Part shown: positions 48,003 to 57,945 of the stretch, piece after piece
Layout of the letters: the number at the start of each line of letters is the position of its first letter
Position numbering within the stretch: position 1 is the stretch's first letter
Assembly (NCBI GenBank): GCA_016861085.1
Contig: BOKR01000001.1
Span: forward strand, 579,271 to 643,270
Origin: Patescibacteria group bacterium
GTDB taxonomy: Bacteria; Patescibacteriota; Microgenomatia; UBA1400; PJMF01
DNA length: 64,000 bases
Direction: 5' to 3'
Notes under the pieces: model-generated
What the model saw: only the letters and a program-made list of their open reading frames with translations
Database searches by the model: none
Told to the model about the DNA's origin: nothing
Translations under genes and position numbers: made by a program

Positions 48003-48329
48003 TTATTGTTTTGGCTGAGTCTTACGTTTCTCAATTTTTTGTAGAGAATAAGTGAGCAATTCATCAAGGTCGATTTTTTTAACCCGAGCAAATCTGATAA
48101 TAGTTAACAATAGATCACCTAATTCTTGTCTGTACGTCTCGTCATTTTGTGCTGCTAAATTAGTAGCCTTTCTGCCATGCTCTGCCAGGTAAGCTCTGGC
48201 CATTTCGCCGACTTCCTCTACAAGGCGCAAAATCATGATTGAGCCAAACTCTTGAGTATATCGCTTTTTACCGTCAACACGATCAAGCGCTTTAAAATAC
48301 TTACCAAACGGAGTCTGAAATTTTTGCAT
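48003..48329 (-). CDS. MazG-like NTP pyrophosphohydrolase (second small paralog)
   Basis: 108 aa. 'LVEEVGEMARA...ELGDLLLTIIRFA' EExxE/ExxD helical motifs. Confidence 0.55.
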   Translation of the reverse strand: MQKFQTPFGKYFKALDRVDGKKRYTQEFGSIMILRLVEEVGEMARAYLAEHGRKATNLAAQNDETYRQELGDLLLTIIRFARVKKIDLDELLTYSLQKIEKRKTQPKQ

Positions 48330-48405
48330 ATACGGGCATTATAGTATAAAAAAGCCCATTTTAATTCCCTAAATAGGCTTTTCTTATGATTTATTTTTAG
48401 TCGAG

Positions 48406-51400
48406 TTATTTCTCTTCAACAGTTATCGACCCGAGCCTTCTTAGCACGAATGCTAGTAAAAGAGAGATTAATGCAAACCACTTTGCTACAGACTGCAATA
48501 AACCTGTTGAATCCCCATAACAACCTGGATCTCTGAGGAGGTAAAACGAGCCAATTAGTAATCCACTTATTGCAAATGCAAATAGTAATTTTCCAAGACC
48601 TGGCTGTTTGATTGCAAATTCTAGTGAAATAGCCAATAAGATCTGTGTGAATAACAAAATGAGTGGCAAGTAGTACTTCCAAGTAGCGCAAGTAGCAGTA
48701 CTCTCACCTAGCACCGAACCAGACTCTTCTTTTTCAAAAGTAGTTGCTTTTTCATCGGTTTCATCGGAACTTTCAGATCCAGTTGTCTCTTCTGATAAAG
48801 TAACTACTGTATTAGTTCCTGTCTGGTTCGACAGACCATTTTCTGTATCTACACCCAAAACCGTACCACTTGCAGGTTCCGGACCTACTCTGAACTCTGT
48901 GGAAGCATCTTTTGAGTGCCCAGCGGCATCTAAAGCTAGGACTCTAAACTCCCACAATCCATCAAATAAGTTGGTCAGTTTGTGTTCAAAAGTCTCTGAA
49001 GAAACAGTGTCACTATATTCTGTACCAGTTACTTTATGTTTCCAAGAAAGTTTATACTCGTGGACCTGCTCATCACCATTTGGCTTGCTCCACTTTCCGG
49101 TTGCGGTTGTTGAACCAATGTTCTCAACCCGTACGTTGAGCGGTCCATTCACTGGAGCAGTTTTGTCGTACTTAACTTCTTTAATACCAAGTCCTGACAC
49201 ATTACCTACTGTATCAACTGCTCGATAATAGAGAATATTTTGTCCTTCTCCTGGAGGAGTAAGTGGAGCTGAATAAACTGTCCAACTACCTGCTGTACTG
49301 TTCCACTGGTACTCAATATGATCAACTGAGTAGTTATCATTTGCAGTCAAAGTTATAGTTGGTTGGGTTTTATACCAACCATTATTTGCATCTGGCAACG
49401 TTGGATTTATTGTCAAAGTTACCTCTGGAATTGTCTTATCATATACAATTTTGATCGTATATGTATCTTCAACATTTCCTGCTTTATCTACTGCGTGAGA
49501 GGTTACAGTGTAGAAACCTTCTGGGGTATCTGGAAGTTGATACTCCCATGTTTGAGCTTCATCATCCCAGATTGCTCTGAATAAAGAAGATTCGTCAACC
49601 CATGTTCCGGCTTCATCATCCCAATATTGAGTGTTTTCTTCGTCTTCACCAAAACCAAGGTGCGAAATACTCAGTAATACGTAATCAACACCAGAAGCAA
49701 TATCTGTTGGCAAATCGGTTGCTGACCCTTCAATTAAACCATCAAAGGTCGAGGTCTGAACTTCTTCACCATCTTCTAAGTTATATGTTGTAATGGTACT
49801 AATTGGATCAGTGGTATCCACAATGAGCTCAACTTCTGTAGCTGTACCTTGGTTACCAGCTCTGTCAATTGCTCTCACTAAAAAGGTGTATGCACCATCT
49901 ACAAGGCTACCTAGATTTGTAACAAAATTTTCAGTGATATCGCTGAATGTTCCATCACTTGCAGTAGCATTTTGCCAGTCAAAAACTGTAGTAGCATCAT
50001 TTGTGTTCTCAACTCTATAACTCACGTTAGCAATTCCTGCTAAATAAACATCAGTTGCCACACCAGTCAAAACTGGGGTTGTAGAGAAATATGCTGAGGC
50101 TAAACTATCCCAGACTGTTGTTGGAGCAGAATTATCAATAATTAATTCTCTTGATTCACTCCAGTTGCTCCAATTACTAGCACTATCTTTAGCGCGAACT
50201 CTCCACCAAAAATGACTATTTGGTTGACCCGCACCAACTGATTTAGTAGTGTTATTCACCCCATTGAATGTTTGCGTAAACTTAACACTTGAACATGCTC
50301 CACTTGTATCGCCTGGGTCATTGTTACAACTTTGGTATTCGTATGAAACGGCATCTGCCACTGAAAACCACTTTTGAGTAAATGAAACTCCTTTAGTTCT
50401 GTATCCGTCAACAGGAGTGTTAAGTCCAGGAGTTGCTGGTACTGTTGTGTCGTAAGTTACTCCATATACATAAGCACTATGTTCAACATTACCAACGCTG
50501 TCTGTCCCTGCTGCCATAATGTCATAAGTACCTTGCGCACTAGGAGTCCATGCGTATGAAAATACGAATGGTTGAGTATCACTACCGTTTAAAATAGTTG
50601 TTATTTCTTGCCAATCATTTTGACCTGCAACACTATAAGAAAGCTTGACCGACTCAACAGTGTTTACATCAGATGAAGAACCTGCAATTGTTATTGCTCT
50701 GTTTGTTGCACCTGAGACTGGCGAAGTAAGGGTGGTAACTGGGGAAATATTGTCAAAAACAAATTTTGCTTTCCCTTGTTGTGGGTTACTATGTGAATTT
50801 GCTAGATCTTCTGCGACTGCAAAGAAACAGTACTCACCATTCAATGCTGCTGTATTAAAAGTTGCATGGTATTTTCCGTCTAATTCTGGAGATAAAACAG
50901 TCTGCTGATCAATTTTACTCATGTTAGGATCACATTGACCGTCAAATCTCTTCTCTGTGTAATATACGTCAACACTTGCCAAACCAATATCATCTGTTGC
51001 ATCAACAACCGCCGTAAATGTATTTGCAAAAATACTTTGTGGAACAGCAGATTGAATTGAGTGAACAACAGGAGCTTGCGCATCAATAGTAAAAGTCACA
51101 GATCGACTATTCCCATGTCCATATCGAACTCCACCTCCTGCAAAATCCTGAGTCTGGAGTTTTAAATAGTAATCGCCACCGCTCAAGACTGGAAGCGAAC
51201 CAGAATAATCTCTCATTAAATCACAAATCAGATAGTTTCCTTCTGATCGAAGATCACACTCTGCTCTATTTACTGTGAAATTACCAACTAGAGAGTTGGT
51301 GACTGTGTACAATGCAAATGTTACACTTCTGACTTGATTGAATTCATCATCAATTCTAATTCTTGCAAAACCATCTGTTGGTCTGTAAAAAATCCCAGAT

Positions 51401-52479
51401 TGTGGATGCTGATATTGGAACCAAGGAATATCAAGCGAGTATACAGTTGCAGTTGGAGCAACATCGTACCAAATTCCGCCGATTTTAACCTGAGCTGTAA
51501 TAGTATGTTCTCCTGCACTCAAAGGAGTCTTTAATCTGTACCACTCTGATCCGGCGGGTGCACCAGCTGTTACTGTTGTTACATTGATTGGACTTCCAGT
51601 ATTTCCATCTACGATAAAGTTTACTTCTGTTGTCGCACTGGGTACTTGGATTTGTGCTGCTAAATCTGTTCCGTTGTTTTCACGAACATACTTTGGAGAA
51701 CCTATGAAAGTAACACCAGATAAATCTGGATCTGGTGCAAGATTTGAATCATACACTACTACAAATACAGTAAAATGTTCTAATCCACTGGCAATAACTG
51801 CATCATCAGTAACTACTTCATTCTCCACAGCAGATGCACTTGACAGCTCTGCAACAGATTCTGCATATTTTATCTGAGCAGAATCTGGGGCACCTTCGGG
51901 TAAAGGTAACTTCAACTCATACTCAAAACTACCGTCTTCCATACTAGAGGTAATATCATATGCAATGTTGCTATATGCACCCAAAGCTGCAACTTGCTCA
52001 GTACTTAACTCAAGTTCTGTAATAGTAAGACTTCCTGCTACTTCCGGTAATCGAGTGAAAGTGATTTGAACTTTGTCATTTTGTGGGGCCGAATATGTAA
52101 CTCCTAGTTCTACTAGAGCTAGTGTTGCAGTACTCCCATCAATCTTCCAAACATTTTCTTCTTGTGTTTCATCAACTACTGTCATGGGAACAGGACCTGC
52201 AGTTGGTTCTACTATCTCTTCAATCACAACTTCTTTTGTTGTTTCAGTTACTTCAAGAACTTCTGTTTCAGGCTCTGCAACTACTTCAACTTGGGCACTC
52301 TGTGTAGCAATTTCTTCTTGTGCATGTGCCTGCGTCGGTAAAAATGCAAAAATTCCAGGCATAAAGCTCTGAAAGAGTAATAAAAACATATTAATAAGTG
52401 AAAATATTGAACGAACGTGTTGCTTAAACATAACCAACTTTCTAATCAGAACCAAAATGATTTCGGCTGCTAATTGCAT
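48406..52479 (-). CDS. Giant cell-surface protein (1357 aa) with Ig-like/FN3-like beta-repeats and C-terminal multi-TM anchor
   Basis: N-terminal signal/anchor. Very long T/S/G/N-rich beta-strand sequence with W...W...R FN3-like blocks ('HFWWRVRAKDSASNWSNWSE'). Three hydrophobic helices in the last ~120 aa. Confidence 0.55.
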   Translation of the reverse strand: MQLAAEIILVLIRKLVMFKQHVRSIFSLINMFLLLFQSFMPGIFAFLPTQAHAQEEIATQSAQVEVVAEPETEVLEVTETTKEVVIEEIVEPTAGPVPMTVVDETQEENVWKIDGSTATLALVELGVTYSAPQNDKVQITFTRLPEVAGSLTITELELSTEQVAALGAYSNIAYDITSSMEDGSFEYELKLPLPEGAPDSAQIKYAESVAELSSASAVENEVVTDDAVIASGLEHFTVFVVVYDSNLAPDPDLSGVTFIGSPKYVRENNGTDLAAQIQVPSATTEVNFIVDGNTGSPINVTTVTAGAPAGSEWYRLKTPLSAGEHTITAQVKIGGIWYDVAPTATVYSLDIPWFQYQHPQSGIFYRPTDGFARIRIDDEFNQVRSVTFALYTVTNSLVGNFTVNRAECDLRSEGNYLICDLMRDYSGSLPVLSGGDYYLKLQTQDFAGGGVRYGHGNSRSVTFTIDAQAPVVHSIQSAVPQSIFANTFTAVVDATDDIGLASVDVYYTEKRFDGQCDPNMSKIDQQTVLSPELDGKYHATFNTAALNGEYCFFAVAEDLANSHSNPQQGKAKFVFDNISPVTTLTSPVSGATNRAITIAGSSSDVNTVESVKLSYSVAGQNDWQEITTILNGSDTQPFVFSYAWTPSAQGTYDIMAAGTDSVGNVEHSAYVYGVTYDTTVPATPGLNTPVDGYRTKGVSFTQKWFSVADAVSYEYQSCNNDPGDTSGACSSVKFTQTFNGVNNTTKSVGAGQPNSHFWWRVRAKDSASNWSNWSESRELIIDNSAPTTVWDSLASAYFSTTPVLTGVATDVYLAGIANVSYRVENTNDATTVFDWQNATASDGTFSDITENFVTNLGSLVDGAYTFLVRAIDRAGNQGTATEVELIVDTTDPISTITTYNLEDGEEVQTSTFDGLIEGSATDLPTDIASGVDYVLLSISHLGFGEDEENTQYWDDEAGTWVDESSLFRAIWDDEAQTWEYQLPDTPEGFYTVTSHAVDKAGNVEDTYTIKIVYDKTIPEVTLTINPTLPDANNGWYKTQPTITLTANDNYSVDHIEYQWNSTAGSWTVYSAPLTPPGEGQNILYYRAVDTVGNVSGLGIKEVKYDKTAPVNGPLNVRVENIGSTTATGKWSKPNGDEQVHEYKLSWKHKVTGTEYSDTVSSETFEHKLTNLFDGLWEFRVLALDAAGHSKDASTEFRVGPEPASGTVLGVDTENGLSNQTGTNTVVTLSEETTGSESSDETDEKATTFEKEESGSVLGESTATCATWKYYLPLILLFTQILLAISLEFAIKQPGLGKLLFAFAISGLLIGSFYLLRDPGCYGDSTGLLQSVAKWFALISLLLAFVLRRLGSITVEEK

Positions 52480-52562
52480 CGTACACCCGCTTGCAATTTT
52501 TGTAAAGCAACTACACTAGAGGTACTTTTTGGGTTAAATATGGATATGCTAAAACAACAGAT

Positions 52563-53630
52563 CTAATGAGTATGCCCCTTGTGTTCCATAGGCTCAATAC
52601 TACCCATCACTTCAACTTCATCTTTTTTTAATTTCATAGCAAATGTTGTTGCTATTAGAGTAGTAAGCGGCACAGCCAACACAAGTCCCATAGAACCCGT
52701 TAGTGTTCGAATTACCTCTTCAACAATTACTTCACTATTAAGAGTGACCCAAGTGGGTACTGACTCATTTATCGTGAATAGTAAAAACAATGGCATATTT
52801 GCGCCTGCATATGCTAAAACAAGCGTATTTACTAAACTTGCAACGTGATCTCTGCCGACTTCTAAAGCGCGATTATACAATTCTTGAAATTTAATCGTTT
52901 TTTTTGCTGCACGCAGCTGAAACACAATGGAAACTTGTGAAACTGTTACGTCATCAAGCACACCCAAAGCTCCAAGCATAATGCCTCCTAATAGCAGGCC
53001 TTGTAAATTAATGTTTGCAGTATTGCCAACTTGTAGAAAGGCTGCCTCTTCGCTGCCGAGACCAAACATACTTGCTGAGACTACTGCCAGATATGAAATC
53101 ACAGATACAAATGCTAATGAGGTCATCATAGAAAATAATGCAATATGGGATTTTAAATTATATCCGTGCGATAAATAAACTGTTGCCGAACCAATCAATA
53201 AACTTCCAAACAAACTAATCAAAATTGGGTTAGCCCCCAACAAAATTTGAGGAATAATAAATTTCAGCAAAACCAACAAACTTGCAATCATACCCAAAAT
53301 CGATAAAACACCTTTTCTCTTCCCAACCCCAATCACAATTACCACAAACAAAATACTCAGCCATATAATAGTAGGCATTCTATACAAATCAGCAATAACT
53401 GTAGATATTTCACCCGGTTGTGATTCAGATGAATACAAAATAACTTGATCGCCTACCTCTCGAAGTTGTCTTTGTGTGATTGGTTGATACTCGTCCCCAA
53501 GAGTTACGGTATACTCATTATTATCATCAGACCTCACCAACAATGACTGAATAAAAAGAGTTTCGTCTGTTGAAAGTCGGGCTTCTTCTAAGATTTTTTG
53601 AATAGTTCCTACTGAGTAACTTTGCTGCAT
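52563..53630 (-). CDS. YibE/F-family membrane protein
   Basis: Soluble N-terminal ~80 aa then 7-8 TM helices with Gly-rich 'GLLLGGIMLGALGVLDDVT'. This architecture is typical of PF07907. Confidence 0.45.
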   Translation of the reverse strand: MQQSYSVGTIQKILEEARLSTDETLFIQSLLVRSDDNNEYTVTLGDEYQPITQRQLREVGDQVILYSSESQPGEISTVIADLYRMPTIIWLSILFVVIVIGVGKRKGVLSILGMIASLLVLLKFIIPQILLGANPILISLFGSLLIGSATVYLSHGYNLKSHIALFSMMTSLAFVSVISYLAVVSASMFGLGSEEAAFLQVGNTANINLQGLLLGGIMLGALGVLDDVTVSQVSIVFQLRAAKKTIKFQELYNRALEVGRDHVASLVNTLVLAYAGANMPLFLLFTINESVPTWVTLNSEVIVEEVIRTLTGSMGLVLAVPLTTLIATTFAMKLKKDEVEVMGSIEPMEHKGHTH

Positions 53631-53654
53631 ACTTTGATTATACAGACAAAAAAG

Positions 53655-53933
53655 TTATTTGACTGTATACCCCAACTTTTCGATTGTATCTTTGATTTTT
53701 TGTGTATCAATTCTATTAGGATCGTATTCAACCACACTCTTTTGTTTCGCATAAGAAGTTGTTGAACTGAAAACCCCCTCTAATTCCTCTAGCTCGCTAT
53801 CAACATTCATAGTACAGCTTGTGCAGTGCATGCCATCAATTGCAAACTCTGCTACCGTTCCTTTTTGTTTGTTTTTAAAAAGATTAAACATTACAGTACC
53901 TCCATTACACCTGTATACATTCCCATAGAACAA
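53655..53933 (-). CDS. copZ: Copper chaperone CopZ (HMA domain)
   Basis: 'FAIDGMHCTSCTMNV' MxCxxC. May start at the internal Met (53891), overlapping the upstream stop as TAATG. Confidence 0.75.
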   Translation of the reverse strand: MFYGNVYRCNGGTVMFNLFKNKQKGTVAEFAIDGMHCTSCTMNVDSELEELEGVFSSTTSYAKQKSVVEYDPNRIDTQKIKDTIEKLGYTVK

Positions 53934-55003
53934 GAATACGTGAATTTACCTTTTTTAGTTGGAGTAAACGTGAACGACTGTGAATCAGTTGATTCCAAGA
54001 ACGTAGAAATTCCGAATTCTTTAAACACAAATGCAGCCGCGCATGAGTAAACATCATTTGTTGTAATTGTTAGCTGGACTGGAACCCCAACCTTTACAGA
54101 AAAGTATCGGGGTGAGTACCCGCTATTCATAGCCTTTATGGTGACTTTTTGCACACCATTTTGGACAGGCACTTGCTCCTGTTGAGCTTTTGAAAACCGA
54201 TCATCTGAGAAAAAATATGTAACTGGGCTTGTAATACTTTGCAAAGTAATTGGAGAATTCACTACCAATAAAACCCCATTTATGCTGTAAACAGCCATAC
54301 CAATTAATAAATAACTAGCAATCTTGGTAAACTTTGTATGCCATCCTTCAGAAAGTTTAGCTGTAGCAACTCCTATAATTGCAAAGAGTGGTGACGTGCC
54401 TAAAACAAATGCTGACATAATTAGAGCACCTTGGATTGGATTAGCAGTATTAATTGCCAAAACTTCCATAGCTTGTGTGACTCCACATGGAACAAAAATA
54501 GTTAAGAATCCTAAAAACGCTGGAGCAAACAAAGCCTTACTTTTACTGGAGCCCTTAACCATTCTTTGCACAAACCTTGGTGGCTGAATCATCACAAATC
54601 GAAAGATCGGGTGAACATTTAACAAGTTCATAGCTGTAGCAAACATGAACAAAGCGGTGAACATTTGAAATGTCAAACGAACTCCGAGACTCAATGAGAG
54701 CCGCTCACCCAAGAATCCTAAGAAAAACCCTAGGATTGCATGCGAGACTAATTTTGCCAACAAAAACATTGTCACCGGCATCCAATCAAGCTGATCGAAC
54801 GTTTTAAGGCTCGAGCCTTTTTGTATCTTTGCTAAATATGTAGCTCGTTTCTGTGTTTTTAGTGTTTCTTTGTCTGCCTCAATATCATCAATCTCTTGTT
54901 CTTTTTGATTCGCAATGACACTGGTTAATAGCCCACCCTGAACTGCTAAACAAGCCAAGCCTCCTGTTGTGAGCCCAGTTAAAAATATTAGCCATAAGTT
55001 CAT
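53891..55003 (-). CDS. Polytopic membrane protein (DsbD/CcdA- or TauE-like, TM-embedded Cys) with C-terminal cupredoxin-like domain
   Basis: TM1 'GGLACLAVQGG' and TM 'FVPCGVTQAM' cysteines. C-terminal 'YSPRYFSVKVGVPVQLTITTNDVYSCAAAFV...FTYSCSMGMYTGVMEV' cupredoxin_1-like. Confidence 0.5.
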   Translation of the reverse strand: MNLWLIFLTGLTTGGLACLAVQGGLLTSVIANQKEQEIDDIEADKETLKTQKRATYLAKIQKGSSLKTFDQLDWMPVTMFLLAKLVSHAILGFFLGFLGERLSLSLGVRLTFQMFTALFMFATAMNLLNVHPIFRFVMIQPPRFVQRMVKGSSKSKALFAPAFLGFLTIFVPCGVTQAMEVLAINTANPIQGALIMSAFVLGTSPLFAIIGVATAKLSEGWHTKFTKIASYLLIGMAVYSINGVLLVVNSPITLQSITSPVTYFFSDDRFSKAQQEQVPVQNGVQKVTIKAMNSGYSPRYFSVKVGVPVQLTITTNDVYSCAAAFVFKEFGISTFLESTDSQSFTFTPTKKGKFTYSCSMGMYTGVMEVL

Positions 55004-55069
55004 AATTCGTTACTTTCTATACTACACAGTGTAATACTAAACAAGTTTCACGCAACATGCAATAACCTG

Positions 55070-57379
55070 TTACAATTTCACTTTCTTTAACCGTAATGAG
55101 TTTGCAACGACCGATACGCTAGACAATGCCATTGCTGCACTGGCTAAAATAGGATTTAATTGAATACCCCAAAGTGGATATAACACACCCATCGCCACGG
55201 GAATTAACACCACATTGTAGCCAAATGCCCATACTAAGTTTTGTCGTATGTTTTTCATTGTCTCTTTTGACAATCTGATTGATGCAGGAACCAAGGATAC
55301 ATCACTTCTCAGCAAAGTAATTCCTGCAGACTCAATAGCTACATCAGTTCCTCCACCCATTGCAATACCAACATCTGCTGCCGCAAGTGCTGGGGCATCA
55401 TTGATACCATCACCAACAAAGGCGACCACCTCTTTTTGTTGACGAAGCTGTGCTACTCTTTTTTCTTTTTCTTCAGGCAGTACCTGTGCAAATACTTTTT
55501 CTATTCCGGCTTGGGAAGCAATACTCTGGGCTGTCTTTTGATTATCACCAGTGACCATGATGGAGGTAATGCCCATTTTCTTAAGTCCTGCCACAACTTC
55601 CTTTGCACTCTCTTTGATTGAGTCAGCAATGGCAATATAGGAAACAACTTCACCCCCATACGCTACATATGAAACTGTCTGACCTTTTTGTTGCAATTGG
55701 GAAACTTGCTCATTTACTGCTTGAGTAATTGTAATATTGTGAAGTTTTAGGAAAGCTTCAGTACCAATGAGTAATTCTTTTTTCTTAACAATGGCCTTGA
55801 CTCCCTTTCCTGAAACATCTTCGAATTTTTCTATCTCTATTTTAGAACTTGTGCGATTTTGTACATCAAAATAGTTAACAACAGCTCCAGCTAGTGGGTG
55901 ATGTGAAAGTTTTTCGACTTCATATATCACTGATTCCAAATGAGTCTGATCTTCTTTTGAAATCTTTCCGACAAAAGTGATAGACTGAACCTCAGGCTTT
56001 CCTTTTGTAATCGTTCCTGTCTTATCAAACAACACTGTAGTAACCTTGTTAGCAACTTCCAGAGCCTCAGCATTCTTAATTAGAATACCATTCTGCGCAC
56101 CCTTACCAACTCCCACCATAAGCGATGTTGGTGTTGCAAGTCCAAGCGCACAAGGGCAAGCAATAATTAATACTGAAATCATACTCACTAGAGATCGAAC
56201 TAAAACTGGTTCTGGACCAAGAAAGTACCAAATCACAAATGTTAGGATAGAAAGCAAGATAACAGCTGGTACAAACACACTAGATACTTGGTCAACTAAT
56301 TTTTGAATTGGAGGACGAGATCCTTGAGCTTGTTTAACCAATTCAATGATATTCGAGAGCATTGTTTCACTGCCAACCTTTTTTGCTTTCATTTGAAAAC
56401 TTCCAGTTGCATTAATAGTTGCCCCAATAACAGTGTCGCCAACTTTTTTGGCTACTGGCAAACTCTCGCCAGTCACCATACTCTCATCAACTGAACTTTC
56501 ACCTGAGACGATTTGCCCATCAACGGGAACTTTTTCTCCCGGTTTAACTTGTAACACATCACCCACTTGCACTTTTTCAATAGCTACTTCAACAATTTTT
56601 CCTGAACTTTCTACCAAGTGTGCGGTTTTAGCTTGCAAACCGATGAGCTTTTTGAGAGCTTGAGAAGTTTGGCCTTTTGCACGAATCTCTAGATATTTTC
56701 CTAGCAGGATTAACGTGATAATAGTTGAAGCAACTTCAAAATAAACATGGTCCTCAACACCAAATTTCATGAAATATTCAGGTCCAAAAACATATTGAAT
56801 AACTACAACGGCTAGTGAATAAAAATAAGCAACTGAAGTGCCAAGTGCGATCAACGTATCCATGTTTGTTGTTTTATTGATCAACGCGGACCATGCACTT
56901 TGGTAATATCGTTTGCCAACCCAAAATTGAACTGGTGTTGCTAAAATCAGCATCACTAAACTGCTCATTAGTATTTCTGGTGCAAATGGAACCATAGCAC
57001 CAATTAGTAATAGCGTTGTTAAAATACCACTCACAATGAGTTTTGTTTTCAAGCTCTTTAATTCCTGTTCACGCTCCTTCTCAGACAGATCTGAGTGGTC
57101 ATGCATACCAATATGGGCAGTATATCCTAAATCTTTCACTGCGCTTGCAGCCGCTTGAGCGTCAAACATTTGTTCATCAATTTCAACGGTAGCTTGCTCA
57201 TTAGCATAATTAACCTGAGCATTTACAACACCTTTTGATTTACTCAACTTTCGCTGCACGTTGGTAGCGCAACTCGCACAATGCATTCCTGAGATATGAA
57301 ACGAAATAATTTTGTCGCTTGCTTTTTTTGCGCTTGCTGACATTTCATCATGTGAGTGGTCCATTTTAGAGTGATCCAT
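55070..57379 (-). CDS. copA: Copper-translocating P1B-type ATPase
   Basis: N-terminal HMA '[11 protein letters not shown]', TM 'CPC' ('[11 protein letters not shown]'), 'DKTGTIT', '[10 protein letters not shown]'. Confidence 0.9.
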   Translation of the reverse strand: MDHSKMDHSHDEMSASAKKASDKIISFHISGMHCASCATNVQRKLSKSKGVVNAQVNYANEQATVEIDEQMFDAQAAASAVKDLGYTAHIGMHDHSDLSEKEREQELKSLKTKLIVSGILTTLLLIGAMVPFAPEILMSSLVMLILATPVQFWVGKRYYQSAWSALINKTTNMDTLIALGTSVAYFYSLAVVVIQYVFGPEYFMKFGVEDHVYFEVASTIITLILLGKYLEIRAKGQTSQALKKLIGLQAKTAHLVESSGKIVEVAIEKVQVGDVLQVKPGEKVPVDGQIVSGESSVDESMVTGESLPVAKKVGDTVIGATINATGSFQMKAKKVGSETMLSNIIELVKQAQGSRPPIQKLVDQVSSVFVPAVILLSILTFVIWYFLGPEPVLVRSLVSMISVLIIACPCALGLATPTSLMVGVGKGAQNGILIKNAEALEVANKVTTVLFDKTGTITKGKPEVQSITFVGKISKEDQTHLESVIYEVEKLSHHPLAGAVVNYFDVQNRTSSKIEIEKFEDVSGKGVKAIVKKKELLIGTEAFLKLHNITITQAVNEQVSQLQQKGQTVSYVAYGGEVVSYIAIADSIKESAKEVVAGLKKMGITSIMVTGDNQKTAQSIASQAGIEKVFAQVLPEEKEKRVAQLRQQKEVVAFVGDGINDAPALAAADVGIAMGGGTDVAIESAGITLLRSDVSLVPASIRLSKETMKNIRQNLVWAFGYNVVLIPVAMGVLYPLWGIQLNPILASAAMALSSVSVVANSLRLKKVKL

Positions 57380-57398
57380 ATTCTTGCCCCTTCAATAG

Positions 57399-57887
57399 CT
57401 ATTCTTCTACAGTATATTTTTCAGGTTCTTTTTTAAATTTTTCCAAACATCCCGAAGCACAAAAATAAAACCGCTCACCATTATGGTCATGAACAAACCC
57501 TGCTGTCTTTGGTGAAAGTCTCATTTCACATACTGGATCATGAGTGAGAGGTACTAAATCGGTCAAGTCTACTTGCAAATCATCAGCGTAATTAGAATTG
57601 ATGTGTTGGTCTACTAACAACGCCCGCACCATATCTGCAATTTCCAAATATTCTGATCGAGCTATTCTGTATGTAATTTGCTTTCCGACTTTGTTTGCAT
57701 CAACGATATTTTGTTCTCGCAAGATTTGTAAATGCTGACTCACATTTGCTTGGGGCAAATCAAGCATTTGATAAATTTCACTAACAGTCAATTCTTGGTC
57801 ACGAAGTAAATGAATGATCTCTAAACGTCTTGAATGTGCTAAGGCTTTAAAAACTTCTTCCTGTAATTTGAATAGTTGATTATACAT
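57399..57887 (-). CDS. ArsR-family repressor fused to a C-terminal YHS/TRASH metal-binding domain
   Basis: N-terminal HTH 'LAHSRRLEIIHLLRDQELTVSEIYQMLDLPQANVSQHLQILRE'. C-terminal 'DPVCEM...FYFCASGCLEKF' (YHS). Confidence 0.7.
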   Translation of the reverse strand: MYNQLFKLQEEVFKALAHSRRLEIIHLLRDQELTVSEIYQMLDLPQANVSQHLQILREQNIVDANKVGKQITYRIARSEYLEIADMVRALLVDQHINSNYADDLQVDLTDLVPLTHDPVCEMRLSPKTAGFVHDHNGERFYFCASGCLEKFKKEPEKYTVEE

Positions 57888-57892
57888 AATTG

Positions 57893-57916
57893 CTAATATA
57901 TTCTAAATTTCGAATA
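57893..57916. promoter_or_regulatory. 8-8-8 inverted repeat, putative operator of the ArsR-YHS regulator
   Basis: ATATATTC-TAAATTTC-GAATATGT lies 6-30 nt upstream of the regulator ATG. Confidence 0.3.
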
Positions 57917-57945
57917 TGTGCAATAACCAAAATGAAGGCATGTAA

